Assembly: GCA_017477845.1 (NCBI GenBank) | Contig: JAFUTR010000017.1 | Location: 64,447 to 128,446 of the forward strand | From: Bacilli bacterium | Lineage (GTDB): Bacteria > Bacillota_I > Bacilli_A > RF39 > UBA660 | DNA: 64,000 nt | Reading direction: 5' to 3' | In this document: positions 27,566-37,569 of the stretch, piece after piece | Layout: every line of letters begins with the position of its first letter | Position numbering within the stretch: the first letter of the stretch is position 1 | Position numbers and translations under genes: made by a program | The notes under the pieces: model-generated | Told to the model about the DNA's origin: nothing | Database searches by the model: none | Seen by the model: only the letters and a program-made list of their open reading frames with translations

Positions 27566-28048
27566 ATGAATAGAGTATGTTTAGTTGGTCGTCTTACTAA
27601 AGATCCAACATGTGAATATGTTAATACAAGTAGTGGTAGTGTAGCTCGTTCTAGATTTACAATAGCTGTTGATAGAAATTTTTCGTCAGCTAATCAAGAC
27701 GGAAATAGAACTGCAGATTTTATTAGTGTAGTTGCTTGGAGAAAGCAAGCAGAAAATCTTGCTAAATTTCAGAAAAAAGGAAACCAAATAGCACTTGATG
27801 GAAGACTTCAAGTAGATAATTATACAGGAAAAGATGGAAATCAAGTATGGTCTACATATGTTGTAGCAGATTCAATTCAATTTTTAGATAGAAAAGGAGA
27901 TGCTCCAACAAATATGAATTTTTCTGACTCAAATGATCTTACTCCGTCTGATTTTTCTAGCAGTTCAAATGAAGGTGCTAGTGGGGCAAGCGTTTGGGAT
28001 GCAGGTTCTAACATAGAAATAGATCCAGATGAGTTACCATTCTATTAA
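27566..28048 (+). CDS. ssb: Single-stranded DNA-binding protein
   Basis: OB fold N-terminus MNRVCLVGRLTKDP and an acidic C-terminal tip DPDELPFY. Confidence 0.95.
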   Translation: MNRVCLVGRLTKDPTCEYVNTSSGSVARSRFTIAVDRNFSSANQDGNRTADFISVVAWRKQAENLAKFQKKGNQIALDGRLQVDNYTGKDGNQVWSTYVVADSIQFLDRKGDAPTNMNFSDSNDLTPSDFSSSSNEGASGASVWDAGSNIEIDPDELPFY

Positions 28049-28065
28049 GAAGGGAGATAATTTAA

Positions 28066-28281
28066 ATGGCAGAATTTTTTAGAAAAAAGAAAAAAGTATG
28101 TTATATGTGCTCAGGACATGACGTTGATTATAAAGATGTTGAAACATTAAGAAAGTTTGTTAACGAAAGAGGTAAAATATTACCAAGACGTGTAACTGGA
28201 AACTGTGCTAAACATCAAAGACATGTAGCAAGTCAAGTAAAAGTTGCAAGACAAATTGCATTATTACCATATGCAAAATAA
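28066..28281 (+). CDS. rpsR: 30S ribosomal protein S18
   Basis: 71 aa. KKVCYMC...IDYKDV..LRKF motif. Confidence 0.95.
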   Translation: MAEFFRKKKKVCYMCSGHDVDYKDVETLRKFVNERGKILPRRVTGNCAKHQRHVASQVKVARQIALLPYAK

Positions 28282-28285
28282 TTGA

Positions 28286-28309
28286 AGTATCCAAATGGAT
28301 ACTTTTTTT
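28286..28309 (+). terminator. Intrinsic terminator after rpsR
   Basis: AGTATCCA-aa-TGGATACT followed by T6. Confidence 0.75.
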
Positions 28310-28408
28310 GTAAAACTAATGTAAATTAACACTTTTTTATTTACATTAACAATAACAAATCATAAAAGTAATGATAAAATGTATATGTAAAAGTGGGTGA
28401 TATAAAAA

Positions 28409-28729
28409 GTGAGCAGAAATGAAAAAACTAAAGTTCATAAAAAAGCTAAAAAAAGTGCATTACGTTTTTTATTTTTTGGTGTAGGTAGCTTTTTATTCAT
28501 CGTGTACTTTTTTACGTTAGTTTTAAATATGTCTTTAGAAATAATATCTAAATATGATGAAAAAGAAAAGCTTAATGAGGAATTAGAAACATTAAAAGAA
28601 AAAGAACAAGAATTATCTACAGATGTATTAAAACTTCAAGATCCTGAGTATATAGCTAGATATTTAAGAGAAAAATACTACTATTCTAAAGAAAATGAAT
28701 ATATAATTAAATTGCCTAATGAAAAATAG
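28409..28729 (+). CDS. Septum formation initiator family protein (FtsB/DivIC-like)
   Basis: 106 aa. One TM helix followed by a coiled coil (EKLNEELETLKEKEQELS) and DPEYIARYLREK. Confidence 0.7.
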   Translation: MSRNEKTKVHKKAKKSALRFLFFGVGSFLFIVYFFTLVLNMSLEIISKYDEKEKLNEELETLKEKEQELSTDVLKLQDPEYIARYLREKYYYSKENEYIIKLPNEK

Positions 28730-28752
28730 AAGATAAATATATCTTCTTTTTC
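28728..28752 (+). terminator. Intrinsic terminator after the ftsB-like gene
   Basis: AGAAGAT-aaatat-ATCTTCT followed by TTTT. Confidence 0.6.
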
Positions 28753-28800
28753 TTGATAATCTAATAAATTTTTAATAAAATATATTGTTGTGGTGACATT

Positions 28801-30126
28801 ATGAATAAGGTTATGGAATTTTTATTAAATACAATAAAATTAAAAGATGGTGATACTATTGTTTTAGGTAACTCAGCAGGACCTGATTCAATGTGTTTAT
28901 TAAATATCTTACTAGATATTAGAAAAAATATTAATATTAAAATAGTTTGTGCTCATGTCAATCATAATGTAAGACGTGAGAGTGAGAGTGAACAAGAATT
29001 TTTAATGAATTATTGCAAGGAGCATGATTGTGTTTTTGAAGCTATGAAGATAGAGAAATATGGTGATGATAATTTTCACAATCAAGCAAGAAAAATAAGA
29101 TATAACTTTTTTGAAGATTTAGTAAAAAAATATGATGCTAATTACTTAATGACAGCACATCATGGTGATGATTTAATCGAAACTATCTTAATGAGGATAG
29201 TTAGAGGTTCAACTCTAAAAGGATATAGTGGATTTGATAAAATAATAGATAATGGTAATTATAAAGTTGTTAGGCCACTGGTATTTTTAACAAAAGATTA
29301 TATAAAAGAATATGATGAAAAAAATGGTATTCCTTATGTTGTAGATACTTCTAATTTTAAAGGAAAATATACAAGAAATAGATATAGATTATCTGTTCTT
29401 CCTTTTCTTAAAGAAGAAGATAAAAATGTTCATGAAAAATTTATTAAGTTTAATGAAACCCTTAATGAATATGATAGATTTATAAATAATGAAATAAAAA
29501 AATCTATTGATAAAGTGTATAAGAATAATCAAATTGATGTCATTAAATATAAAGAATTAGATATATTAATAAAAAAGAAAATCATTGCTACAATTTTAGA
29601 AGATATTTATAAAGAAGATTTAATGATTATAAATGATAAACATGTTAAATTAATTATGGATTTAATTGAATCTAGAAAATCAAATTCAAGAATTTGTTTA
29701 CCACATAACGTTGATGTTATAAAATCATATGATAAAGTCTATTTTTCTAAAGAGATAAAAGAGGTAATTGATTATAATATAGAATTAATTAAATATGCAT
29801 CACTTCCTAATGGGCATAAACTTGAAGTAATAGATTCATGTGATAGCAATAATAATGATGTATGTAGAATACTAAGTAGTGAAGTTAAGCTTCCTTTATA
29901 TGTGAGAACAAGGAAGTTTGGCGATAAAATGTATTTAAAGAAAATTGAAGGATACAAAAAAGTAAAAGATATTTTTATTGATTGTAAGGTTCCACTTGAT
30001 GAAAGAGATAAATGGCCAATTGTTGTCGATTCTGAAGATAAAATTATTTGGATTCCAGGTTTAAAAAAATCTAAATATACTAAACTAAAAAATGAAAACT
30101 ATGATATAATAATTAAATATAGTTAA
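28801..30126 (+). CDS. tilS: tRNA(Ile)-lysidine synthase
   Basis: 441 aa. PP-loop LGNSAGPDS. Lies upstream of ftsH as in Bacillus. No hpt gene lies between them. Confidence 0.9.
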   Translation: MNKVMEFLLNTIKLKDGDTIVLGNSAGPDSMCLLNILLDIRKNINIKIVCAHVNHNVRRESESEQEFLMNYCKEHDCVFEAMKIEKYGDDNFHNQARKIRYNFFEDLVKKYDANYLMTAHHGDDLIETILMRIVRGSTLKGYSGFDKIIDNGNYKVVRPLVFLTKDYIKEYDEKNGIPYVVDTSNFKGKYTRNRYRLSVLPFLKEEDKNVHEKFIKFNETLNEYDRFINNEIKKSIDKVYKNNQIDVIKYKELDILIKKKIIATILEDIYKEDLMIINDKHVKLIMDLIESRKSNSRICLPHNVDVIKSYDKVYFSKEIKEVIDYNIELIKYASLPNGHKLEVIDSCDSNNNDVCRILSSEVKLPLYVRTRKFGDKMYLKKIEGYKKVKDIFIDCKVPLDERDKWPIVVDSEDKIIWIPGLKKSKYTKLKNENYDIIIKYS

Positions 30127-30138
30127 GGAGGAAAGTAA

Positions 30139-32136
30139 ATGAAGAAAAAAAATGTAAAAAGAGGAATTGCACCTTATTTAATTTTAATATTATGTGTACT
30201 TCTTATTTATTACTTTTTAGCAGTTGGGGGAAGTAAGGTTAATGATATTACTTATGATAAGTTATTAGGTGAAATACGTGAAGGAAATGTTACAGAGGTT
30301 GTTGTGACACAACATTCTAGTGAAGGTGTGTATGTAATTACAGGTAAGTTAAAGGGATATAAAGAAAAAGAAACTTTCCGTACTACTACTCCTTTAACAG
30401 ACTCAATCATATCTCAAATGATTTCTGTAGATGAAAGTTTGAATTATAAATTAGATACAGATGTTGATCCTGATTCAAGTCCATTATTATTTATTTTAGT
30501 TAATGTTTTACCTATTGTTTTAGTTGTAGGAATTGGATATTGGTTCTTATCTAAACAAATGGGTGCTGCAGGTAAATCAATGGATTTTGGTAAAAGTAAA
30601 GCAAAACTTAATACAGAAAAAAATAAAACAACATTTAAAGATGTTGCTGGATTAAAGGAAGAAAAAGAAGAAGTTAAAGAATTAATAGATTTCTTAAAAA
30701 ATCCAAAGAGATTTCAAAAACTTGGGGCAAGAATACCTAAAGGAGTATTATTAGTTGGACCTCCTGGAACAGGTAAAACACTTCTAGCTAAAGCAGTTGC
30801 TGGTGAAGCTAATGTGCCTTTCTATTACATTAGTGGATCTGATTTCGTAGAACTTTTTGTTGGTGTTGGAGCAAGTCGTGTTAGAGACATGTTTAAAGAA
30901 GCAAAACATAATGCACCATGCTTAATATTTATCGATGAAATAGATGCAGTTGGTCGTCAAAGAGGAACTGGTTTAGGTGGAGGGCATGATGAAAGAGAAC
31001 AAACACTTAACCAATTACTAACTGAAATGGATGGATTTGGTGCTAATGAAGGAATAATAATAATTGCTGCAACTAATAGAGCAGATGTTCTTGATCCAGC
31101 ATTATTAAGACCAGGAAGATTTGATAGACAAGTAATTGTTAATTTACCTGATGTAAAAGGAAGAGAAGAAATACTTGAAGTACATGCAAGAAATAAAATA
31201 CTAGCCCCAAGTGTTTCATTAAAAAATCTTGCAAAACGTACTCCTGGATTTAGTGGAGCAGACTTAGAAAACTTAATGAATGAAGCTGCACTTCTTGCTG
31301 TTCGTGGTAATAAAGAACAAATTACTATGAAAGAAATAGATGAAGCAACAGACCGTGTAATAATGGGACCTGCAAAGAAGAGTAAAAAATATACTGAAGA
31401 AGAAAGAAGAATGGTTGCATTTCATGAAGCTGGGCATGCTGTAATTGGTATTAAATTAAGTAATGCTAGTGAAGTTCAAAAAGTTACAATTATTCCTAGA
31501 GGTCATGCAGGCGGATATAACATGATGGTTCCAAGAGAAGAAAAGTATACTTCTACAAAAACAGAATTATTAGAAGAAATAACTGGTTTACTTGGAGGAA
31601 GAGTTTCAGAGGAATTAACATTTGGAGAAATATCAACTGGTGCACATAATGACTTTGAAAAGGCTACTAAGATTGCAAGAGCAATGGTTACTGAATATGG
31701 AATGAGTGATTTAGGCCCTGTTCAACTTGAGCAACAAGAAGGTGGAGTTTTCTTAGGAAGAGACTATGGTAAAACACGTAACTTCTCAAATGAGGTTGCA
31801 CATGAAATAGATCTTGAGATGCGTAAGATAGTTGATGAATGTTATAAGAATGCAAAGAAAATTTTAAGTGAAAACTCTGATTTAGTTTCTTTAATTGCTG
31901 AAAATTTACTAGAGTATGAAACACTTACTAAGGAGCAAATTGATTATTTAGTAAAAAATGGTAAGATGCCTGATGAAGATGATAAAGAAGATAAAGAAGA
32001 AAGCTATGATGAATTAAAAGCTAGAGCAAAAGAATTAGGAATTAAAGGATATACAAAAATGACTAAAGATGAATTATCTAAAGTAATTAAAGATAATGAT
32101 GAAATAAAATCTATTGAAGAAGATGATGAAGAATAA
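30139..32136 (+). CDS. ftsH: ATP-dependent zinc metalloprotease FtsH
   Basis: 665 aa. Two TM helices, Walker [12 protein letters not shown], and the zinc site HEAGHA. It has an unusual C-terminal tail (see findings). Confidence 0.97.
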   Translation: MKKKNVKRGIAPYLILILCVLLIYYFLAVGGSKVNDITYDKLLGEIREGNVTEVVVTQHSSEGVYVITGKLKGYKEKETFRTTTPLTDSIISQMISVDESLNYKLDTDVDPDSSPLLFILVNVLPIVLVVGIGYWFLSKQMGAAGKSMDFGKSKAKLNTEKNKTTFKDVAGLKEEKEEVKELIDFLKNPKRFQKLGARIPKGVLLVGPPGTGKTLLAKAVAGEANVPFYYISGSDFVELFVGVGASRVRDMFKEAKHNAPCLIFIDEIDAVGRQRGTGLGGGHDEREQTLNQLLTEMDGFGANEGIIIIAATNRADVLDPALLRPGRFDRQVIVNLPDVKGREEILEVHARNKILAPSVSLKNLAKRTPGFSGADLENLMNEAALLAVRGNKEQITMKEIDEATDRVIMGPAKKSKKYTEEERRMVAFHEAGHAVIGIKLSNASEVQKVTIIPRGHAGGYNMMVPREEKYTSTKTELLEEITGLLGGRVSEELTFGEISTGAHNDFEKATKIARAMVTEYGMSDLGPVQLEQQEGGVFLGRDYGKTRNFSNEVAHEIDLEMRKIVDECYKNAKKILSENSDLVSLIAENLLEYETLTKEQIDYLVKNGKMPDEDDKEDKEESYDELKARAKELGIKGYTKMTKDELSKVIKDNDEIKSIEEDDEE

Positions 32137-32165
32137 GAAATAGATATACTCTATTTCTTTTTTTT
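32135..32165 (+). terminator. Intrinsic terminator after ftsH
   Basis: AAGAAATAG-atatact-CTATTTCTT (a perfect 9-bp stem) followed by a T-run. Confidence 0.75.
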
Positions 32166-32179
32166 GATGTATAATTTAA

Positions 32180-33178
32180 TTGGTGATTCTAGTGGGTTTT
32201 AATATTGGGAATGTTCAAATAAAAAATAGAGTTGTGTTAGCTCCAATGGCAGGTGTGTGTAATTCTTCTTTTCGTCGCATTGCTAAAGAAATGGGCTGTG
32301 GACTCATTTATGCAGAGATGGTTAGTGATAAAGCAATCTTTTATAATAATCAGAAAACAATAGATATGCTTTATATGACAGAAGAGGAAAGACCAATTGC
32401 ACAGCAAATATTTGGAAGTGATAAAGAATCGTTTGTTATAGCGGCAAAATATATTTATGAAAATATGCATCCAGATATTATAGATATTAATATGGGGTGT
32501 CCTGTACCTAAAGTCGCTTTGCATGCCCAAGCTGGATCTGCTCTATTAAAAAATCCAGAAAAAATAAAAGAAATAGTAGAAGCGGTTGTAAAGGCTGTTC
32601 CTATTCCGGTAACTGTAAAGATTAGAAGTGGCTGGGATTTTAATTCAATAAATGCTGTTTTAGTGGCAAAAATATGTGAAGAAGCTGGAGCAAGTGCAAT
32701 ATGTGTTCATCCTAGAACTAGGAGCCAAGGCTATTCTGGAAAAGCAGATTGGAGTATTATCAAACAAGTGAAAGAAAGCGTTAGAATACCTGTTATAGGA
32801 AATGGAGATATAACTGATATTTATTCTGCAAAAAAAATGCTTGATGAAACAAAATGTGATGCTATTATGATTGGAAGAGCATCGCTTGGTAATCCTTGGA
32901 TATTTAAAGAAGTTAATGAATATATTGAAAATAATAGAATAATAGAAAAACCTACTTCTCTTGAAAAAGTTGAAATGTGTATGAAACATTTAAAATATTT
33001 AAAAGAAATTAAGAATATTAAAGTAGCAGTTTTAGAAATCAGAAACCACATAGCATGGTATTTGAAAGGACTTCCACTATCTAATGAAATAAAAAATAGA
33101 ATATACTTAACAAAAGATATTAATGAAATAGAACATATATTAAATGATTATAAAATGTTTATAAAGGAGAGATATTAA
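32180..33178 (+). CDS. dusB: tRNA-dihydrouridine synthase
   Basis: IGNVQIKNRVVLAPMAGV N-terminus and a TIM-barrel Dus core. The start is uncertain (TTG 32180, GTG 32183 or GTG 32192). No SD is visible, and a TATAAT at 32170-32175 lies very close. Confidence 0.88.
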   Translation: MVILVGFNIGNVQIKNRVVLAPMAGVCNSSFRRIAKEMGCGLIYAEMVSDKAIFYNNQKTIDMLYMTEEERPIAQQIFGSDKESFVIAAKYIYENMHPDIIDINMGCPVPKVALHAQAGSALLKNPEKIKEIVEAVVKAVPIPVTVKIRSGWDFNSINAVLVAKICEEAGASAICVHPRTRSQGYSGKADWSIIKQVKESVRIPVIGNGDITDIYSAKKMLDETKCDAIMIGRASLGNPWIFKEVNEYIENNRIIEKPTSLEKVEMCMKHLKYLKEIKNIKVAVLEIRNHIAWYLKGLPLSNEIKNRIYLTKDINEIEHILNDYKMFIKERY

Positions 33179-33768
33179 TGAAAAAAGCGTTTTCATATCA
33201 AAGAATAGGGGCATATCTTATAGATGTATTAATACTATCTGTAATTTTATCTTTACTTACATTTTGGATACCACAGAGTGAAAAATATAAAAAGGCTGTA
33301 GAAGATGAAGAAAAATTGATTGAAAAATATGCTAACGAAGAAATAACAGAAGATGAACTTTCTGAGGCATACTTTAATGATAGATTTATTATTGAAAAAG
33401 AGACTATTATTATATCTGTTGTTTCAGTAATACTTTCTATAGGATATTTTGGTACTTTTGCATATATAAATAATGGTCAGACTTTAGGGAAAAAGTTATT
33501 AGGTATAAAAGTTTCTTCATCTAAAAAGGAACTTACTAATTATGATTTTATAATAAGAAGTTTATTAATTAATGATGGATTATCTTCAATTATATCAATC
33601 ATTTTCTTGTTATTCATTACTGGAGGAATGTACTCTTATACAGTTTTTGTTGTAGAGACTTTGCAATCTATATTCGTTATATTATCAGCATTATTTGTGG
33701 TATTTAGAAAAGATAAACTAGGACTTCATGACTTAATATGTAAAACTGAAGTAGTTCAATTTAGGTAA
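33178..33768 (+). CDS. RDD family membrane protein
   Basis: 196 aa. N-terminal RIGAYLIDVLIL and C-terminal GLHDLICKT flank TM helices. Confidence 0.6.
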   Translation: MKKAFSYQRIGAYLIDVLILSVILSLLTFWIPQSEKYKKAVEDEEKLIEKYANEEITEDELSEAYFNDRFIIEKETIIISVVSVILSIGYFGTFAYINNGQTLGKKLLGIKVSSSKKELTNYDFIIRSLLINDGLSSIISIIFLLFITGGMYSYTVFVVETLQSIFVILSALFVVFRKDKLGLHDLICKTEVVQFR

Positions 33769-33849
33769 TTTGTGTATTATTGATGAAATTTTTTTAAAAT
33801 ATTGGAATTAATTATTATTTGTTGTATAATTTTATTTAAAGGAGGAAAT

Positions 33850-35256
33850 ATGAAAAAACATAATTTGTTTAAGGTTGCATTAATAACAATTTTGTTAGTT
33901 GTGCTTGCATCTTGGATACTTCCAGTTACTTCAGTTTCTGGTAAGGAATTTTCAGAAGTTGAATCAGGTAAAATTGGTTTATTTTCAGTAGTATCTTATG
34001 TAGCTATTGCTATTCAGTATTTTTGCCATATAGCATTATATGTGTTAGCAATTGGAGGTTTATATGGAATACTTCATAAAATACCAAGTTACAGAGTTAT
34101 GCTTGATAAAATTGTAAGTGGTTTTAGACATTGTGAATGGGTATTTATGATAATAGTATCATTAGTATTTTGCCTATTATCATCAATGGCTGGCCTATCA
34201 CTTCCAATACTTGCATTTTTCCCATTTGTTATAGCAGTTATCTTATTAATGGGATATGATAAAATTACTGCTGCTATGCTTACAGTTGGGTCAGTAACTG
34301 CAGGACTTATAGGATCTGTATTTTCATCTAATGATATATATGGATTATCTTATGTTTTGGGAGTAGAAGCTAATCAAGATGTTGGATGGAAAATATTAAT
34401 ACTTGTATTATCATATTTGGTTGTAATAATTAATGTTTTACTTTATGCAAGAAAACATAAAGATACTGAAAATCTTGTACAAGGTATATTTGTTCCAGAG
34501 AAAGTAGATAGACAAGGCGTTAAGAAAATTTTACCAATTGCAATAGTTCTTGATGTAATGTTAGTAGTTTTGGCACTTGCATTTATTTCATGGAGTGTAT
34601 TTGGTGTAACAGTATTTACTGAATTTACAGATAAGTTTATTAATCCAACAGGAAGCGGATTTACGAAAGGTGTTTATACAGCATTTAATACTGTTCTTGG
34701 TTTAACTTCTAATAATGCATTTGGTTTATGGACATTACTTGAAGCAAGTGTGGTTTTAGTTCTTGGTAGTTTAATTCTTGCATTCATTTATAGAAAAAGT
34801 TTTACTAAATTCTTAAATGAATTTGCAAATGGTGCTAAACATGCTATTAAACCTGCTGTGTTAATAATTATGGCTTATACAGTACTTGTTTGTATAACTA
34901 ATGTTAATGTATTATTAACAGTATTAAAACCAATATTATCTCTAGATGGAGAATTAAATGTATTTGTAATGTGTATTGTTGCTATAGTATATAGTATTTT
35001 CACAGTAGAGTCATACTATGGAGTAAGACAAGCTGCACCTTATGTAACTGCATTTGTTGCTACAGAGAATGTTGGAAAAATTGCACTTATATGGCAATCA
35101 ATGTATGGACTTACAATGTTAGTAGCTCCTACAAGCGTTATATTGATGTCTACACTATCATATTTAGATATTTCTTATGGTAGATGGCTAAAATCAGTAT
35201 GGAAATTATTATTAGAATTATTCTTAGTTCTATTAATAGTATTATTACTAATATAA
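33850..35256 (+). CDS. Polytopic membrane permease, possibly YfcC/DcuC-like (family uncertain)
   Basis: About 468 aa from ATG at 33850 after AGGAGGAAAT. At least 10 predicted TM helices. The family assignment rests only on loose resemblance. Confidence 0.55.
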   Translation: MKKHNLFKVALITILLVVLASWILPVTSVSGKEFSEVESGKIGLFSVVSYVAIAIQYFCHIALYVLAIGGLYGILHKIPSYRVMLDKIVSGFRHCEWVFMIIVSLVFCLLSSMAGLSLPILAFFPFVIAVILLMGYDKITAAMLTVGSVTAGLIGSVFSSNDIYGLSYVLGVEANQDVGWKILILVLSYLVVIINVLLYARKHKDTENLVQGIFVPEKVDRQGVKKILPIAIVLDVMLVVLALAFISWSVFGVTVFTEFTDKFINPTGSGFTKGVYTAFNTVLGLTSNNAFGLWTLLEASVVLVLGSLILAFIYRKSFTKFLNEFANGAKHAIKPAVLIIMAYTVLVCITNVNVLLTVLKPILSLDGELNVFVMCIVAIVYSIFTVESYYGVRQAAPYVTAFVATENVGKIALIWQSMYGLTMLVAPTSVILMSTLSYLDISYGRWLKSVWKLLLELFLVLLIVLLLI

Positions 35257-35281
35257 AAGAGAAGGAAACTTCTTTTTTTTT
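35255..35281 (+). terminator. Intrinsic terminator after the permease gene
   Basis: AAAAGAGAAG-gaaa-CTTCTTTTT followed by a T-run. Confidence 0.55.
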
Positions 35282-35344
35282 GAATACTTAAGTAAAACAT
35301 AAAACATAATATTCATATAATTACATTGTATGAAAGGAGATTTT

Positions 35345-37528
35345 ATGTTTTTAAATTTTACTAATGAATTGAAAAAAGTATTAATAAGATCAAAAAAAGA
35401 AATGAATTTATTAAAGCATTCTTACATTGGAACTGAACATTTTATTTTATCTGTCTTATCAAGTAGGAATAGCATTTCTATTTTACTAAATGAATTTGGA
35501 ATAAATTATGATATTTTTAAAGAAAAAGTAATTAGTTTAATAGGATATGGAGAAGAAAATAATTCATTATTTATATATACTCCTTTGATGAAAAAAATAA
35601 TAAATGATGCTATTTTAATATCAGTGGATAAGAAAAAAGAAATAGATTTAAATCTTATTTTCTTGCTCATTTTAGAGGAAGGTGAGGGAGTATTCTACCG
35701 AATATTAAATGAAATGAACATAGAAATTAACCAATTGCTCGAGAGAGTGGAAAATGATCAATTTTCAGTTAATAAAAATAATAATTTAATGCTATTAAAA
35801 ATGGGAGTTAACCTAAATGAACGGGCAAAAAGTAACGAAATAGATCCTGTTATAGGAAGGGAAAATGAAGTATCAAGATTAATTGAAATAATATCTAGAA
35901 GAAATAAAAATAATCCTTTATTAATTGGTGAAGCAGGAGTTGGTAAAACTGCAATAGTAGAAGAATTTGCCAGAAGAATAGTAAATAAAGATGTACCATT
36001 AAAACTTCAAAATAAAAAAGTAATATCAATTTCAATGGCTAATTTAGTATCAGGGACAAAGTATAGGGGTGAATTTGAAGAAAAAGTATTAAATATTCTT
36101 AATGAATTAGAAAATAATAATGACTTAATATTATTTATAGATGAAATACATACATTGGTAGGAGCAGGTGGCGCTGATGGAGCAATAGATGCAAGTAATA
36201 TATTAAAACCAGCATTAGCACGTGGAAATATAACAATAATAGGTGCTACTACTATAAGTGAATATAGAAAATATATTGAAAAAGATAAAGCATTATCAAG
36301 AAGATTTCAAACAATTATAGTTGAAGAACCAGATAGTAATACTCTTTTTAATATATTAAAGGAAACTAAAAAAGTATATGAAGAATATCATAATGTAATA
36401 ATAGATGATGAAATTATTAAAGAAATAATAACTGTTTCAAAAAAATATGTACCTAATAGAAAAGAACCTGATAGATCACTAGATATAATGGATGAAATCT
36501 GTTCAAAAGCCGCTATTGAAGAAGATAAAACTTCTATTTTAAGTATTAAATATCAAAAAAAATTGGATATCTTACGAAAAGAAAAAGAAAAATACATTAA
36601 AAATAATTTATATGATAAAGCAATAATGATTAGAAAACAAGAAAAAAATATAGAAGATATAATTAATAAAAATGATATTAAACTGATGAGTAAAAAAAGA
36701 AGAATTAAAATAAAAAAAAGTTTAATTTATTCTGTTATCAGTTCTAAATATAATGTAAATATATTGATGCCTAAAGATAGTAAAAATGTTTTATCAAAAC
36801 TAAAAAGTAAACTTGAAAAAGATGTTTTTGGACAAAATGATGTCATTGATTTGTTAATTGACAGTAGCTATAAATTGTTCTTTAATAAAGAACCTGTTCC
36901 TATTTCTTTTTTATTTAAAGGAAATAAGGGAGTTGGAAAATCTTTTCTTGCAAGACTTTATGCAAAATATTTATTTAATAATAATGTTATAACTATAGAT
37001 TTGAGTGATTATGAAAGTGAATATTCAATTAATTCATTTTTAGGTTCTTATTATAATGAAAAAAAGTCTATATTTGATTCTTTAAAGGAAAAACCAATTT
37101 CACTTGTATTGTTTGAAAACATAGATAAGGCTCATATTTCTATTAGAACACTTATAAATAATATTTTAAAAAATGGATTTTTGATGGATGCAAATAAAGA
37201 GAAAATCTCCTTCAATAATGCAGTTATTATATTAACTGAAAGAACAAAAGAAAATAATAATCTTGGATTTAATGAAATAAAAAGAGAAGAAGATAGTAAA
37301 TATTTGAGTGGGGTACAAAAAATATTTAAGTTCAATAATTTGGATTTAATGAGCATAAAAAAAATAATAGATAAAAAAATAAAAGAAAATAATAAGTTAT
37401 TTGATAATGAAATAGAAATTGATAAAAATGAAATAATAAAAAATTGTGATTATACAAATTGTGGGGCAAGTAAAATAGATAATCTTATTGAAAAGTATAC
37501 ATTAAGATCTAAAGTTTTTCTTTCGTAA
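35345..37528 (+). CDS. clpC: ClpC-like AAA+ chaperone with an intact D1 ring and a degenerate D2 ring
   Basis: Clp_N repeats (IGTEHFILSVL). D1 has GEAGVGKT, ILFIDEIH and KYRGEFEE. A UVR-like middle motif is present. D2 has GNKGVGKS, but Walker B reads LFENIDKAH and the pore loop is lost. The LGF loop is retained. I prefer ATG at 35345 after AAAGGAG. Confidence 0.8.
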   Translation: MFLNFTNELKKVLIRSKKEMNLLKHSYIGTEHFILSVLSSRNSISILLNEFGINYDIFKEKVISLIGYGEENNSLFIYTPLMKKIINDAILISVDKKKEIDLNLIFLLILEEGEGVFYRILNEMNIEINQLLERVENDQFSVNKNNNLMLLKMGVNLNERAKSNEIDPVIGRENEVSRLIEIISRRNKNNPLLIGEAGVGKTAIVEEFARRIVNKDVPLKLQNKKVISISMANLVSGTKYRGEFEEKVLNILNELENNNDLILFIDEIHTLVGAGGADGAIDASNILKPALARGNITIIGATTISEYRKYIEKDKALSRRFQTIIVEEPDSNTLFNILKETKKVYEEYHNVIIDDEIIKEIITVSKKYVPNRKEPDRSLDIMDEICSKAAIEEDKTSILSIKYQKKLDILRKEKEKYIKNNLYDKAIMIRKQEKNIEDIINKNDIKLMSKKRRIKIKKSLIYSVISSKYNVNILMPKDSKNVLSKLKSKLEKDVFGQNDVIDLLIDSSYKLFFNKEPVPISFLFKGNKGVGKSFLARLYAKYLFNNNVITIDLSDYESEYSINSFLGSYYNEKKSIFDSLKEKPISLVLFENIDKAHISIRTLINNILKNGFLMDANKEKISFNNAVIILTERTKENNNLGFNEIKREEDSKYLSGVQKIFKFNNLDLMSIKKIIDKKIKENNKLFDNEIEIDKNEIIKNCDYTNCGASKIDNLIEKYTLRSKVFLS

Positions 37529-37569
37529 ATAATTATATATGTTATAATTTAATTGTTATGGAGGCGTTT

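Noticed and set aside
32237-33051. Three minus-strand ORFs (97, 109 and 76 aa) inside dusB
   Set aside because: All lie antisense within a confidently identified Dus gene, and their products are low-complexity.
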